From a virus: a stretch of 64,000 bases of DNA. The DNA lies in the IMG/VR virus record IMGVR_UViG_3300021425_000008, positions 77,062 to 141,061 of that record; one strand, written 5' to 3'. The notes under the pieces were generated by a model that was not told where the DNA came from, ran no database searches, and was given only the letters and a program-made list of their open reading frames with translations. This document shows, in pieces, positions 31,483 to 41,426 of this stretch. A program made the translations under genes and the position numbers. The first letter of the stretch is position 1; each line of letters opens with the position of its first letter.

Positions 31483-33162
31483 ATGGCCAGATTATTTGGT
31501 TTTTCAATTGAAGATAACGACAAGAATCCACCTGGCGTAGTTTCTCCAATCCCTCCTTCTAATCAGGATGGGTCTGAGGCCTTCGCCAGTAGTGGATTTT
31601 TTGGTAGCTATAATTTAGACATCGAAGGTCTCTACAGAAATGAGACTGATTTAATTCGTAGATATAGGACAATGGCACTCTATCCAGAGTGTGATAGTGC
31701 AATTGAAGATATTGTAAACGAAGCAATCGTATCTGATACAAACGATTCACCTGTACAGATTGAATTGTCGAATCTGAATGCAAGTGATAAGATTAAAAAA
31801 ATTGTAAGAGAAGAGTTTAGATATATTTGTGAACTTCTTGATTTTGATAAGAAGGCACATGAGATTTTCCGTAACTGGTATATTGACGGGAGACTCTATT
31901 ATAACAAAGTCATTGATCAAAAGAATCCTCAGGATGGTATTCAGGAACTGAGATATATTGACGCTTCGAAGATTAGATACGTCCGTAAACTTAAAAAACA
32001 AGATAAAACTGTTGGTAATGTAAAAGACGACTTCGGTCAGTCTGCAAATCCAACTGCATATAATTTCCCTGAAATCGAAGAGTATTTCCTTTATACTCCA
32101 GATATGGGAACCTCTAGAGGTGGTTACGGTGGTAATCCACAGAAAGGAATCAAGTTGACTCGTGATTCTGTCGTGTATTGTACCTCGGGTTTGGTAGATA
32201 GAAACAAGGGTTTGACTCTTTCATGGATGCATAAAGCAATCAAACCTCTCAATCAGTTGATGATGATTGAGGATTCACTCGTTATCTACAGACTTTCAAG
32301 AGCACCAGAACGTAGAATTTTCTACATTGACGTTGGCAATCTTCCTAAGGTAAAGGCAGAACAATACCTTCGTGATGTCATGATGCGTTATAGAAATAAG
32401 ATGGTCTATGACGCAAACACTGGTGAGATGCGTGATGACAAGAAGTTCATGTCCATGATGGAAGACTTCTGGTTACCACGTAGAGAAGGTGGTCGTGGTA
32501 CTGAAATTACTACACTTCCTGGTGGTCAAAACCTTGGTGAAATTACTGATATCAATTATTTCCAGAGAAAACTCTACAGAGCTCTGAATGTACCTGAGAC
32601 CAGAATCGAAGGTGAAGGTGGTTTCTCACTGGGTCGTTCCTCTGAAATCTTGAGAGATGAAATCAAGTTCTCCAAGTTTGTTGGAAGAATGAGAAAGAGA
32701 TTCTCAGCGATGTTTAACGACATGTTGAAGACTCAACTTATTCTCAAGAATGTTGTCACTCCCGAAGACTGGGAGTACATGGCAGATCATATTCAATATG
32801 ACTTCCTGTATGACAACCACTTTGCTGAACTAAAGGAAGCAGAACTTACTACTGAGAGACTGAATCTTGCACAAATTGCAGAACCATATATTGGTAAGTA
32901 TTACTCTCAGGATTATGTAAGAAGAAATATCCTCAGACAGACTGACGAAGAGATTCTGGAACAGGATGAATTGATTGAAAAAGAGATTGAGAATGGTATA
33001 ATTCCTGATCCTAATTCAATGGTTGATCCTATGACTGGTGCACCAGCAGATCCAGGAATGACACCAGCACCTGTTGCCACACCAGACTCAATGCAGGCAC
33101 CTACATCACCTAAAGATCCTGAAGCACCAGGAACTCAGAATCCTCCAGGTGGTGTCATCTAA
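31483..33162 (+). CDS. gp20: Portal protein gp20
   Basis: IYRLSRAPERRIFYIDVGNLP and EDFWLPRREGGRGTEITTLPGG. Confidence 0.99.
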   Translation: MARLFGFSIEDNDKNPPGVVSPIPPSNQDGSEAFASSGFFGSYNLDIEGLYRNETDLIRRYRTMALYPECDSAIEDIVNEAIVSDTNDSPVQIELSNLNASDKIKKIVREEFRYICELLDFDKKAHEIFRNWYIDGRLYYNKVIDQKNPQDGIQELRYIDASKIRYVRKLKKQDKTVGNVKDDFGQSANPTAYNFPEIEEYFLYTPDMGTSRGGYGGNPQKGIKLTRDSVVYCTSGLVDRNKGLTLSWMHKAIKPLNQLMMIEDSLVIYRLSRAPERRIFYIDVGNLPKVKAEQYLRDVMMRYRNKMVYDANTGEMRDDKKFMSMMEDFWLPRREGGRGTEITTLPGGQNLGEITDINYFQRKLYRALNVPETRIEGEGGFSLGRSSEILRDEIKFSKFVGRMRKRFSAMFNDMLKTQLILKNVVTPEDWEYMADHIQYDFLYDNHFAELKEAELTTERLNLAQIAEPYIGKYYSQDYVRRNILRQTDEEILEQDELIEKEIENGIIPDPNSMVDPMTGAPADPGMTPAPVATPDSMQAPTSPKDPEAPGTQNPPGGVI

Positions 33163-33189
33163 ATATTTCTTGTAGTAACATTTTTTGAA

Positions 33190-33390
33190 ATGGACGAACT
33201 TATGGATATGCTCGTCAGTCCCGACGAGTCTTCATCACAAATTAGTGATAAAATTAAGGATATTCTTTTTGCCAAGAGTGCAGAAAAAATTGAAGCAAGT
33301 AGACCTAATGTCGCCGCTTCAATCTTCGATGGTCCTCAGTCTGAGGTAGAAGGTTCTATTGAAGAACCTGAAGAAGAGACCGAAGAATAA
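33190..33390 (+). CDS. Small acidic prohead core protein (gp67-like position)
   Basis: Acidic 66-aa ORF directly after gp20, with CTAAATA at 33159. Confidence 0.65.
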   Translation: MDELMDMLVSPDESSSQISDKIKDILFAKSAEKIEASRPNVAASIFDGPQSEVEGSIEEPEEETEE

Positions 33391-33421
33391 TAAATAGATA
33401 TTATAAAACTATAATAAGAAG

Positions 33422-33970
33422 ATGAGTGCGTTAAAACCAGTAGGTGTTAATACAACATTTGCGACTAGTACCACCTCTGCGAGATCAGTAGCAATCTCAC
33501 AACAATCAGATTCAATTCGAGTTGTTGCTGAGAGTGCAGGAGTTTATGTTGCTATTGGAACTCTTCCTACGGCAACACATGATAATTTTTACGTGACCTC
33601 CACTGACCCCGAAGAGATCTCTCTTGGCCCAGTTATGGCTCAAAGAGTTGTGGGTATCACCACTGGTACGACGACAACTATTGATTTTCCTGAAGGAACT
33701 GGTAGTCCTTTTGTTGTTGGAGATGCTGTTTCTCTGACTGTAAGTGGTCAATCTAACTTCGACTTTAGTCACAAGATTGTATCTAGTGTCAACAATTCTT
33801 CAGGAGTAGGTGGTTATTTCAGTACCAGGATCGTTGTTGATCACGATTCAAGTTCAGTCACCGATGTCTTTGGTTCACCTGATGCTACTTTGAGAAAGTC
33901 AATCATGGTTGCAGCTAAGACACAATCTGGAACTGGAAGAGTCTATATCCAACAAGTACAAGTATCCTGA
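33422..33970 (+). CDS. Conserved hypothetical beta-rich protein
   Basis: Fills the gp20-gp21 gap; late promoter ATAAATA at 33390. Confidence 0.75.
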   Translation: MSALKPVGVNTTFATSTTSARSVAISQQSDSIRVVAESAGVYVAIGTLPTATHDNFYVTSTDPEEISLGPVMAQRVVGITTGTTTTIDFPEGTGSPFVVGDAVSLTVSGQSNFDFSHKIVSSVNNSSGVGGYFSTRIVVDHDSSSVTDVFGSPDATLRKSIMVAAKTQSGTGRVYIQQVQVS

Positions 33971-33978
33971 GGAAACCA

Positions 33979-34629
33979 ATGAAACTTATCAGAGAAGAAA
34001 TCGAATCAGTAGATTTTATCGTTGAAGAAAGAAACGGTAAAAAACAGATGTACATTGAAGGTATCTTCCTCCAAGGAAATATCTGTAATCGTAATGGTAG
34101 AATGTATCAAATGGAGGGACTGAGAAAGGAAGTCCAGAGATACACAGAAAACCACATCAATTCTGGTAGAGCTCTTGGAGAACTCGGACACCCCGATGGT
34201 CCAACTGTTAATCTGGACCGCGTTAGTCACAAGATTATTAGTCTCAAAGAAGACGGAAACAACTTCATTGGTAAAGCGAAAATCTTATCGACTCCGATGG
34301 GTAATATTGCGAAGTCGCTTATCGGGGAGGGAGTTAAACTTGGCGTTTCTAGTAGAGGCATCGGCTCACTTAAACAGACCAGAGAAGGAGTAAACATTGT
34401 AGGTGACGACTTCATGTTAGCAACTGCTGCTGACATCGTTGCCGACCCATCAGCACCAGATGCTTTCGTTGAAGGTATCATGGAAGGTAAAGATTGGGTT
34501 TGGGACGGTGGTATCCTGAGAGAACAGACCGCAAAGAAAACTTACAAGACAATCAACACTCTTGTAACTCAAGGTCAGCTTGATGAGAAGAAGCTTGATT
34601 TATTCAACAACTTCTTAAATAATCTTTGA
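33979..34629 (+). CDS. gp21: Prohead protease gp21
   Basis: ALGELGHP, GVSSRGIGS and DIVADPSAPDAFV. Confidence 0.98.
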   Translation: MKLIREEIESVDFIVEERNGKKQMYIEGIFLQGNICNRNGRMYQMEGLRKEVQRYTENHINSGRALGELGHPDGPTVNLDRVSHKIISLKEDGNNFIGKAKILSTPMGNIAKSLIGEGVKLGVSSRGIGSLKQTREGVNIVGDDFMLATAADIVADPSAPDAFVEGIMEGKDWVWDGGILREQTAKKTYKTINTLVTQGQLDEKKLDLFNNFLNNL

Positions 34630-34649
34630 TTATATTGAATTATACAATT

Positions 34650-34657
34650 TATAAATA
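34650..34657 (+). promoter_or_regulatory. Late promoter (TATAAATA) for gp22/gp23
   Basis: Exact T4 gp55 consensus in an intergenic gap. Confidence 0.85.
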
Positions 34658-34694
34658 AATATAGATTAAAAAAGGTTAATCGGAGTAACTTCAA

Positions 34695-35741
34695 ATGTCT
34701 CGTGGAGATTTACAAGAAATGGAGCAATCAAAAACTGCTGTGAACGCGAACGCTAAACCTGCTGAAGGTATGGGTAAGCTTTCCAGCCCAGGCGAAGGCC
34801 TGTCAACTTCTTACGAAGATCTCGGTGGTCCAACACCTGAGAACTATAAGCCTGACAACGATTCTGCAAAGCTCAAAGAGCCTAAGATCGCAACTGTCAG
34901 TGATGTAGTCAACAAAGGTGCAAAGGCTGCTGATCCTATGAAGAAAATGGCTAAGGAAGAGATCGAAACCGAAGAGGAAGAGATTGTATCCGAATCTGAC
35001 GAAGTTACCGAAGAGTCTGTTGACATCGAAGAAGACGTGAATGCACTTCTCGGTGGCGAAGAGCTCTCCGAAGAATTCAAAGAAAAGGCACGTGTCATCT
35101 TTGAAGCTGCATTAACCTCTAAAATCAAAGAAATCCAGGAAACCCTGGAGGTTCAGTACGCTGAGCGTCTGGACGAGGAGAGACAATCCCTGAAGGGAGA
35201 ACTCACCGAGAGAGTTGACGCATATCTTGAGTATGTCTGCGAAGAGTGGATGACCGAGAATGAGTTAGCTATCGAACATGGTCTCAAGACCGAAATGACT
35301 GAATCCTTCCTGTCTGGCATGAAGGGTCTTTTTGAAGAACATTATGTAACTATCCCTGAAGATAAATATGATGTACTTGAGAACATGGTAGAAAAACTTG
35401 ATGATATGGAGACTAAACTCAATGAGCAGATTGAGAAGAACATTGGTCTGAACAAGAGACTCGCTGAGTCCACTGCAGACACCATCTTCTCGACCGTCTC
35501 TGAAGGTCTTGCTGAGACCCAAAAAGAGAAGCTCGCTTCACTTGCTGAAAGTGTAGAGTTTGAAAGTGAAGACGAATATCGTGAAAAGCTGGAGACCCTG
35601 AAGGAGTCATACTTCTCCAAGGCACCTACGGCGAAATCAGAAGCACCTCAGACAATCTCTGAAAGTGTTGATTCAACCCCTGCTCCTACCTCTACAGGTA
35701 TGGAACAGTACATGAGAGCACTTGGTGCATTCAAAAAGTGA
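34695..35741 (+). CDS. gp22: Prohead scaffold gp22
   Basis: Acidic coiled coil with LSEEFKEKARVIFEAA and VDAYLEYV, between gp21 and gp23. Confidence 0.95.
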   Translation: MSRGDLQEMEQSKTAVNANAKPAEGMGKLSSPGEGLSTSYEDLGGPTPENYKPDNDSAKLKEPKIATVSDVVNKGAKAADPMKKMAKEEIETEEEEIVSESDEVTEESVDIEEDVNALLGGEELSEEFKEKARVIFEAALTSKIKEIQETLEVQYAERLDEERQSLKGELTERVDAYLEYVCEEWMTENELAIEHGLKTEMTESFLSGMKGLFEEHYVTIPEDKYDVLENMVEKLDDMETKLNEQIEKNIGLNKRLAESTADTIFSTVSEGLAETQKEKLASLAESVEFESEDEYREKLETLKESYFSKAPTAKSEAPQTISESVDSTPAPTSTGMEQYMRALGAFKK

Positions 35742-35782
35742 ATTTAACATTCATTCAAACAACAACTATTAAGTAAAGGCAA

Positions 35783-37207
35783 ATGTTTCAATCCGAACAT
35801 CTGCAGGAAAAGTGGAGCCCACTTCTCGACTATGAAGGTCTTGATCCAATCAAAGATTCTCATCGTCGTTCAGTAACCGCAGTCCTGCTCGAGAACCAAG
35901 AAAAATTCCTCAAGGAAGAGCATGCATTCCAGTCAGGTATCAACCTGATGGAAACCCCAACCAACTCAGGTAATGCCGCTGGTGCATCTGGTGCGTTTGG
36001 TGCTGACTCTCCTGCTGCTGGTCCTACCGCTGGTTTCGACCCTGTTCTGATCTCCTTGATCAGACGCGCAATGCCTAACCTGGTCGCATATGACCTGGCT
36101 GGCGTTCAGCCAATGAACGGTCCTACTGGACTGATCTTTGCAATGCGCTCCCGCTACGAGAACCAGTCTGGTAACGAGACCTTCTTCAACGAAGTCGATA
36201 CCGCATTCTCTGGTCAGGATGATGGCTTCAACCTGACTGCTGGTTTCGCAGACGGTAACGCTGGTCTGGGTACAACTGCTCAGTCTGGTGACAACCCTTC
36301 AGTACTCAACCCTGTTGGTTCTGCATCCTCCACTGGCTACAATGTCGGTGAAGGTATGGTAACTGGTGACTCTGAGAACCTGGGTTCAGGTACTGGTGAT
36401 CACTTCAACCAGATGGCATTCTCGATCGAGAAAGTCACTGTAACCGCTAAGTCCAGAGCACTCAAAGCTGAGTACTCCTTAGAACTCGCACAGGATCTGA
36501 AGGCAATCCACGGTCTCAATGCTGAGGCAGAACTCGCAAACATTCTCTCCACTGAGATTCTTGCTGAGATCAACCGTGAAGTCATCAGAACCATCTACAA
36601 GGTTGCTGAACAGGGTGCTGTTTCTAACACCGCAACTGCTGGTGTATTTGACCTTGACATCGACTCCAACGGTCGTTGGTCTGTTGAGAAGTTCAAAGGT
36701 CTTCTTTTCCAAATCGAGAGAGATGCGAACGCAATCGCACAAAGAACTCGTAGAGGGAAGGGCAACATGATCATGTGCTCTGCAGACGTTGCATCCGCAC
36801 TGACCATGGCAGGTATCCTCGACTATACCCCAGCCCTGAACGCAAACCTGAACGTTGACGACACTGGCAATACCTTCGCTGGTACCATCAACGGTAAGTT
36901 CCGTGTCTACATCGACCCATATTCTGCAAACCTGACTTCTGCAAACGCAGCTAACGGTAACCAGTACTATGTCGTCGGTTATAAGGGTACTTCACCTTAT
37001 GACGCTGGTCTGTTCTATTGTCCTTATGTTCCTCTCCAGATGGTTCGTGCCGTCGGTGAGAACACCTTCCAGCCAAAAATTGGCTTCAAGACTCGTTACG
37101 GTCTCGTTGCTAACCCATTCGCTGAAGGCACCACACAAGGCCTCGGTAGACTCCGTGTTAACTCCAACCGCTACTACAGAAGAGTTGCAGTTAAGAACCT
37201 CATGTGA
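35783..37207 (+). CDS. gp23: Major capsid protein gp23
   Basis: GVQPMNGPTGLIFAMR, SRALKAEYSLELAQDLKAIHGL and FQPKIGFKTRYG. Confidence 0.99.
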   Translation: MFQSEHLQEKWSPLLDYEGLDPIKDSHRRSVTAVLLENQEKFLKEEHAFQSGINLMETPTNSGNAAGASGAFGADSPAAGPTAGFDPVLISLIRRAMPNLVAYDLAGVQPMNGPTGLIFAMRSRYENQSGNETFFNEVDTAFSGQDDGFNLTAGFADGNAGLGTTAQSGDNPSVLNPVGSASSTGYNVGEGMVTGDSENLGSGTGDHFNQMAFSIEKVTVTAKSRALKAEYSLELAQDLKAIHGLNAEAELANILSTEILAEINREVIRTIYKVAEQGAVSNTATAGVFDLDIDSNGRWSVEKFKGLLFQIERDANAIAQRTRRGKGNMIMCSADVASALTMAGILDYTPALNANLNVDDTGNTFAGTINGKFRVYIDPYSANLTSANAANGNQYYVVGYKGTSPYDAGLFYCPYVPLQMVRAVGENTFQPKIGFKTRYGLVANPFAEGTTQGLGRLRVNSNRYYRRVAVKNLM

Positions 37208-37230
37208 TTCGTCACTAGAGATCGTAATCA

Positions 37231-37256
37231 AGACCTCCTTCGGGGGGTCTTTTTTT
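37231..37256 (+). terminator. Rho-independent terminator after gp23
   Basis: AGACCTCC-TTCG-GGGGGTCT hairpin followed by a T tract. Confidence 0.9.
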
Positions 37257-37280
37257 ATGCCCTTATATTAGAAAAGTCTC

Positions 37281-37288
37281 TATAAATA
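37281..37288 (+). promoter_or_regulatory. Late promoter (TATAAATA)
   Basis: Exact consensus just after the terminator. Confidence 0.85.
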
Positions 37289-37310
37289 ATACATAAAACG
37301 CCACGGGGTC

Positions 37311-37469
37311 ATGGCATCATATATTCGAAAAATTATTTGTAATAAGGAAGTTTATTTTAAAGGAAATGGTCAGTGGACGGAAAATTTTTCCGAAAGGAAA
37401 AAGTATAATACTGAAGCAGACGCCAAAGAAGTCCATTACGAATACTCAGGTGTTGTAGTCAACGAATAG
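37311..37469 (+). CDS. 52-aa hypothetical protein, not in the ORF track
   Basis: MASYIRKIICNKEVYFKGNGQWTENFSERKKYNTEADAKEVHYEYSGVVVNE*. Follows the late promoter and ends 1 nt before the gp3 ATG. Confidence 0.7.
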   Translation: MASYIRKIICNKEVYFKGNGQWTENFSERKKYNTEADAKEVHYEYSGVVVNE

Positions 37470-37470
37470 T

Positions 37471-38019
37471 ATGTCTGAATCAATTGCATTCCAGAATCAA
37501 ATAACTGATAGGAATTTTCTTCAGGCAACTGGATTTAGTTTCACTGTCAGTAGAGCTCGTCACTTAGGATTTTATGGGAACTCCATTAATGTTCCTGGAT
37601 TAGTTCTAGGTACATTGGAACAACCTTCTTATACAAGGATGATTCCTAGACCAGGCGAATTACTGGAGTTCAATGACCTGAGGATTAGATTTCTAATTGA
37701 CCAAGGTCTTGAAAACTATACTGAAATCCAGAATTGGATGAGAGGTATTGGTTTCCCTGAAAGTCTTCAGGAAATCTATGACTTCCAGAAAGATGGACCA
37801 CTAGATGATGGTCGAACTGAGAACCTTTATTCTGATGGTACACTGACTATTCTGAATGGTATCAACAGACCAATGTTCAGTGTAAAATTTAAGGACATGT
37901 TCCCATACTCATTGTCTGATATCACATTCGACTCTACTGGGACAGATGTTGAATTCTTGACAGCAGAGGTCCTCTTCAAGTATTCTGTGTATAATATCAC
38001 TGACGTACTCTGCTGCTAA
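37471..38019 (+). CDS. gp3: Tail completion protein gp3
   Basis: RNFLQATGFSF, ENYTEIQNW, SDGTLTIL and FKDMFPYSLS. Confidence 0.9.
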   Translation: MSESIAFQNQITDRNFLQATGFSFTVSRARHLGFYGNSINVPGLVLGTLEQPSYTRMIPRPGELLEFNDLRIRFLIDQGLENYTEIQNWMRGIGFPESLQEIYDFQKDGPLDDGRTENLYSDGTLTILNGINRPMFSVKFKDMFPYSLSDITFDSTGTDVEFLTAEVLFKYSVYNITDVLCC

Positions 38020-38453
38020 TGATCGACTTACCTACACTTCAACAGATGTGGGAAAAGGATTCTAAGATTGACATTGACAATCTTCATACCGAATCGTTGA
38101 ACATTCCAGTTCTGCATTCAAAATATTATGACATTTATAATAACCTCATGTTGTTGAGGACAAAAGCAGAACAACAAAAAAAGAATGTAAGACACGAAAG
38201 GTATGAATACTATTCGGGTAAAGCTGACCCCGATGTGTATATCCAAAATCCTTTCCCGAAAAAGATTAGAGATAAAGATACGATGACAAAGTATCTCGAC
38301 GCTGACGAGAGATTGTCGAATGTTTCAATGAAAATTGAATACTATAATGTAATGCTTAGATACATAGAAGAGATTCTAAAACAAATTACGAATCGAACTT
38401 ATCAAATCAAAAACAGTATTGAATTCATGCGTTTCAGTTCAGGACTAGGCTAA
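38019..38453 (+). CDS. uvsY: Recombination mediator UvsY
   Basis: WEKDSKID, IPVLHSKY, YYSGKA and RTYQIKNSIEF. Confidence 0.93.
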   Translation: MIDLPTLQQMWEKDSKIDIDNLHTESLNIPVLHSKYYDIYNNLMLLRTKAEQQKKNVRHERYEYYSGKADPDVYIQNPFPKKIRDKDTMTKYLDADERLSNVSMKIEYYNVMLRYIEEILKQITNRTYQIKNSIEFMRFSSGLG

Positions 38454-38638
38454 TGGAACAAGAAGATCAGTATTACCATTTAGAGTTGCCGATTGAAGCG
38501 GTTCGTATCATCCATAAAGGACTGTCACAGGCCTGTGAGAAATGGTCTGGTGGAGATCCAGTCGAACAAGAAGATCTTCAGACAATGAGAGATCATTTTT
38601 ACAGAATTGTTTTAGAACATAGGTTTGACACTATGTAA
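38453..38638 (+). CDS. Small hypothetical protein
   Basis: TAATG-coupled to uvsY; W-x-GG-x-P-x-EQ motif. Confidence 0.7.
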   Translation: MEQEDQYYHLELPIEAVRIIHKGLSQACEKWSGGDPVEQEDLQTMRDHFYRIVLEHRFDTM

Positions 38639-38667
38639 TAAATACTTGTAGGTGAGAACCTACATGA

Positions 38668-40134
38668 ATGGCTGATTTGACTATAGAAAAGGTAAACGAA
38701 GTTTACTTGAAGATTACAACGGAACCTCATATTGAGTACGAACTGAGAGATAAGTTCACCTTTGAAGTTCCTAATAAAAAATTCATGCCTCAGTATCGTA
38801 GTAAGTACTGGGATGGATTTGTTCATCTCTTCAACATGAAGACCAAGAGAATCTATGTGGGTCTTCTTGATAAGATTATTGCGTTCTGTGAGAGTGCAGG
38901 ATACACATATAAGTTTTTAAATAATAAATTCTACGGTCCACCGTTTGAGGTGAATGACTTAGTAAGTCATGGTGGAACAAAAGATTATATGGAAAGTATA
39001 TCACCTAGTATTAGTCCTCGTGACTATCAGGTAGATGGTGTATATGAAGCGTTAAGGTATAACAGAAAACTACTCATCTCTCCTACGGGTTCTGGTAAGT
39101 CTTTTATGATTTACTCCGTGGTGAGATATCACGTTGCACGTGGTAATAAAATTCTATTGGTTGTTCCGACCACATCTCTTGTAGAACAGATGTTCAAAGA
39201 CTTCCAACAATATGGATGGGATGCAGAGAATCATTGTCACAGAATCTATGCTGGACGTGAGAGAGTCAATACGAATGAGGTAACGATTACAACTTGGCAG
39301 TCTGTCTATCAATTGGATCGTAAGTTCTTTGAAGACTATGACGTTGTGATTGGTGACGAGGCCCACCTTTTTAAGAGTAAGTCTCTTATTGGTATCATGG
39401 ATAAGTTACATCATGCTAAGTATAGATACGGGTTTACGGGGACACTAGACGGCTCTCAGACCCATAAGTGGGTGTTAGAAGGACTCTTTGGTCCATCATA
39501 TAAAGTAACTCAAACAAAGAAACTTCAGGATGAAGGACACTTAGCTTCACTTGATATTCAGTGTCTTGTCTTGAAGTACAAACCAAAGAAGTTTGAAACC
39601 TACGAAGATGAGATACAGTTTCTCATTGGTCATGAGAAAAGAAATAACTTTATTACAAATCTAGTCAGAGATCTGGATGGTAATAGTCTTGTATTATATT
39701 CCAGAGTGGAGGCTCATGGTGCCATCCTTTTTGACTTAATAAATAAAAAGGTAAGTGAAGACCGTAAAGTATTCTTTATTCATGGTGGTGTGGATGCCGA
39801 AGATAGAGAACAAGTAAGGGAGATTACTGAAAAAGAAAAAGACGCTATCATCGTTGCATCTTACGGAACATTTAGTACTGGTATCAATATTAAAAATCTA
39901 CACAATGTAATATTTGCCTCTCCATCCAAATCTAGAGTAAGAAACTTACAAAGTATTGGTAGAGTCCTACGTAAAGGCAAAGATAAAGTCAGTGCAAAAC
40001 TTTATGATATTGCAGATGACTTAACAATTGGATCAAGAAAGAATTACACACTGAATCATTTTATTGAACGGGTCAAAATTTATGTTTCAGAACAGTTCAA
40101 CTATGATATTTTTACTATCGACATAAAAGAATAA
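38668..40134 (+). CDS. uvsW: SF2 helicase UvsW
   Basis: SPTGSGKS, DEAH, GFTGT and QSIGRVLR. Confidence 0.97.
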   Translation: MADLTIEKVNEVYLKITTEPHIEYELRDKFTFEVPNKKFMPQYRSKYWDGFVHLFNMKTKRIYVGLLDKIIAFCESAGYTYKFLNNKFYGPPFEVNDLVSHGGTKDYMESISPSISPRDYQVDGVYEALRYNRKLLISPTGSGKSFMIYSVVRYHVARGNKILLVVPTTSLVEQMFKDFQQYGWDAENHCHRIYAGRERVNTNEVTITTWQSVYQLDRKFFEDYDVVIGDEAHLFKSKSLIGIMDKLHHAKYRYGFTGTLDGSQTHKWVLEGLFGPSYKVTQTKKLQDEGHLASLDIQCLVLKYKPKKFETYEDEIQFLIGHEKRNNFITNLVRDLDGNSLVLYSRVEAHGAILFDLINKKVSEDRKVFFIHGGVDAEDREQVREITEKEKDAIIVASYGTFSTGINIKNLHNVIFASPSKSRVRNLQSIGRVLRKGKDKVSAKLYDIADDLTIGSRKNYTLNHFIERVKIYVSEQFNYDIFTIDIKE

Positions 40135-40143
40135 GGAGAACGT

Positions 40144-40530
40144 ATGATTGAAGACGATTTTTACGCAACAATCAAACTTAAATGTGGAGATGAGATATTT
40201 TGTAAGGTGGCAGCATCTGAAGAAGATGATCGAACAATGTTACTTGTGTCTTATCCTATCTGTGTTCAACCTATTAAGACAAGAGGATCAGTTACTGGAT
40301 ACAAGTTTGAACCATGGTTAAAGACTTCTAATGAAGATCTTTTCCTGATCAACTTAGATGAAGTTCTCACGATGTCTGAATCAGAGAACATTGAAATGAT
40401 TATGAACTATCAGGACTACATCAGAAAGAGTAACCAAGGTAACTTTGCAAAGTTAGATCGAAGAATGGGTTACTTAGGAAATGTAAGAGATACGAAAGAG
40501 GTCTTGGAGAAGTTATACAAGTCTTCTTAA
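40144..40530 (+). CDS. Hypothetical protein, Sm-like family
   Basis: IKLKCGDEI...P...FEPW pattern; AAGGAG SD. Confidence 0.7.
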   Translation: MIEDDFYATIKLKCGDEIFCKVAASEEDDRTMLLVSYPICVQPIKTRGSVTGYKFEPWLKTSNEDLFLINLDEVLTMSESENIEMIMNYQDYIRKSNQGNFAKLDRRMGYLGNVRDTKEVLEKLYKSS

Positions 40531-40588
40531 AGAACCTATAGCTATCCTATCATCCTGGACAAGCCTAGTCTATACGACTTTCGTTACC

Positions 40589-40617
40589 TTGTCAACACCT
40601 GATATCTCTGGTATAAT
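40589..40617 (+). promoter_or_regulatory. Sigma70-type promoter for gp55
   Basis: TTGTCA-N17-TATAAT with an extended -10 TG. Confidence 0.75.
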
Positions 40618-40639
40618 TAAAACAACAAAAAGAACTTTT

Positions 40640-41119
40640 ATGCCTAAACCCAGAAATGCAGAACACTATGTAAATAACAAAGAGTTTCTGAACGCCCTTG
40701 AGAACTACTTCGCCAGAGTTGAGAAAGCAAAACTCAATGATGAACCGAAACCAGAAATTCCTCGTTACATTGGTGAGTGCTTTCTGAAGATTGCAAATCA
40801 TTTGTCATACAAACCAAACTTTGTGAACTACATGTTCAAAGATGACATGATCTGTGATGGTATCGAGAACTGTGTAAGATATATCCATAACTTTAATCCT
40901 GAGAAGTCCAAGAACCCCTTCGCTTATTTTACTCAGATCATTTATTACGCATTCCTGAGAAGGATCTCTCAAGAGAAGAAACAGTTAGAGATCAAGAACA
41001 AGATTCTTGAGAAGACTGACTTCGATGAAGTCTTTGATGCCAATGATCTTGACATGGGTAACTATTCTGATTATAATAGTATTAAGGATACAGTTCATCA
41101 AAAACTGAGAAATTCATGA
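40640..41119 (+). CDS. gp55: Late-transcription sigma factor gp55
   Basis: HYVNNKEF, YIGECFLKIANHLS and NPFAYFTQIIYYAFLRRI. Start placed at ATG 40640. Confidence 0.97.
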   Translation: MPKPRNAEHYVNNKEFLNALENYFARVEKAKLNDEPKPEIPRYIGECFLKIANHLSYKPNFVNYMFKDDMICDGIENCVRYIHNFNPEKSKNPFAYFTQIIYYAFLRRISQEKKQLEIKNKILEKTDFDEVFDANDLDMGNYSDYNSIKDTVHQKLRNS

Positions 41120-41424
41120 TTGGAAAACTTGACCCCGAGGAACATGTTATGGACGAGTCCGTGATTTATCCTGGGAAGATGCTTGGACAACTTGCCATCG
41201 CATTGGAAAAACTGGGATGGGAGTATGGTGATGAGGTTGATGTAGAGATTGGTGGCACTCAAGTCTCTGGTATTGATGTCGGTGAGGAGTACAATAAGAA
41301 GTGGCAGTCACCTCTTGGTACTCGTAAGTACAATAAAGATGCCTTTATCATTATCAAAAATCAGTCACGTAGAGACTTGACTAAATCACAACCTATGGAA
41401 GAATTTAAGCCAGAACACGGTTAG
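41116..41424 (+). CDS. Hypothetical protein
   Basis: ATGA overlap with gp55; fills the gap to gp47. Confidence 0.7.
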   Translation: MIGKLDPEEHVMDESVIYPGKMLGQLAIALEKLGWEYGDEVDVEIGGTQVSGIDVGEEYNKKWQSPLGTRKYNKDAFIIIKNQSRRDLTKSQPMEEFKPEHG

Positions 41425-41426
41425 AG

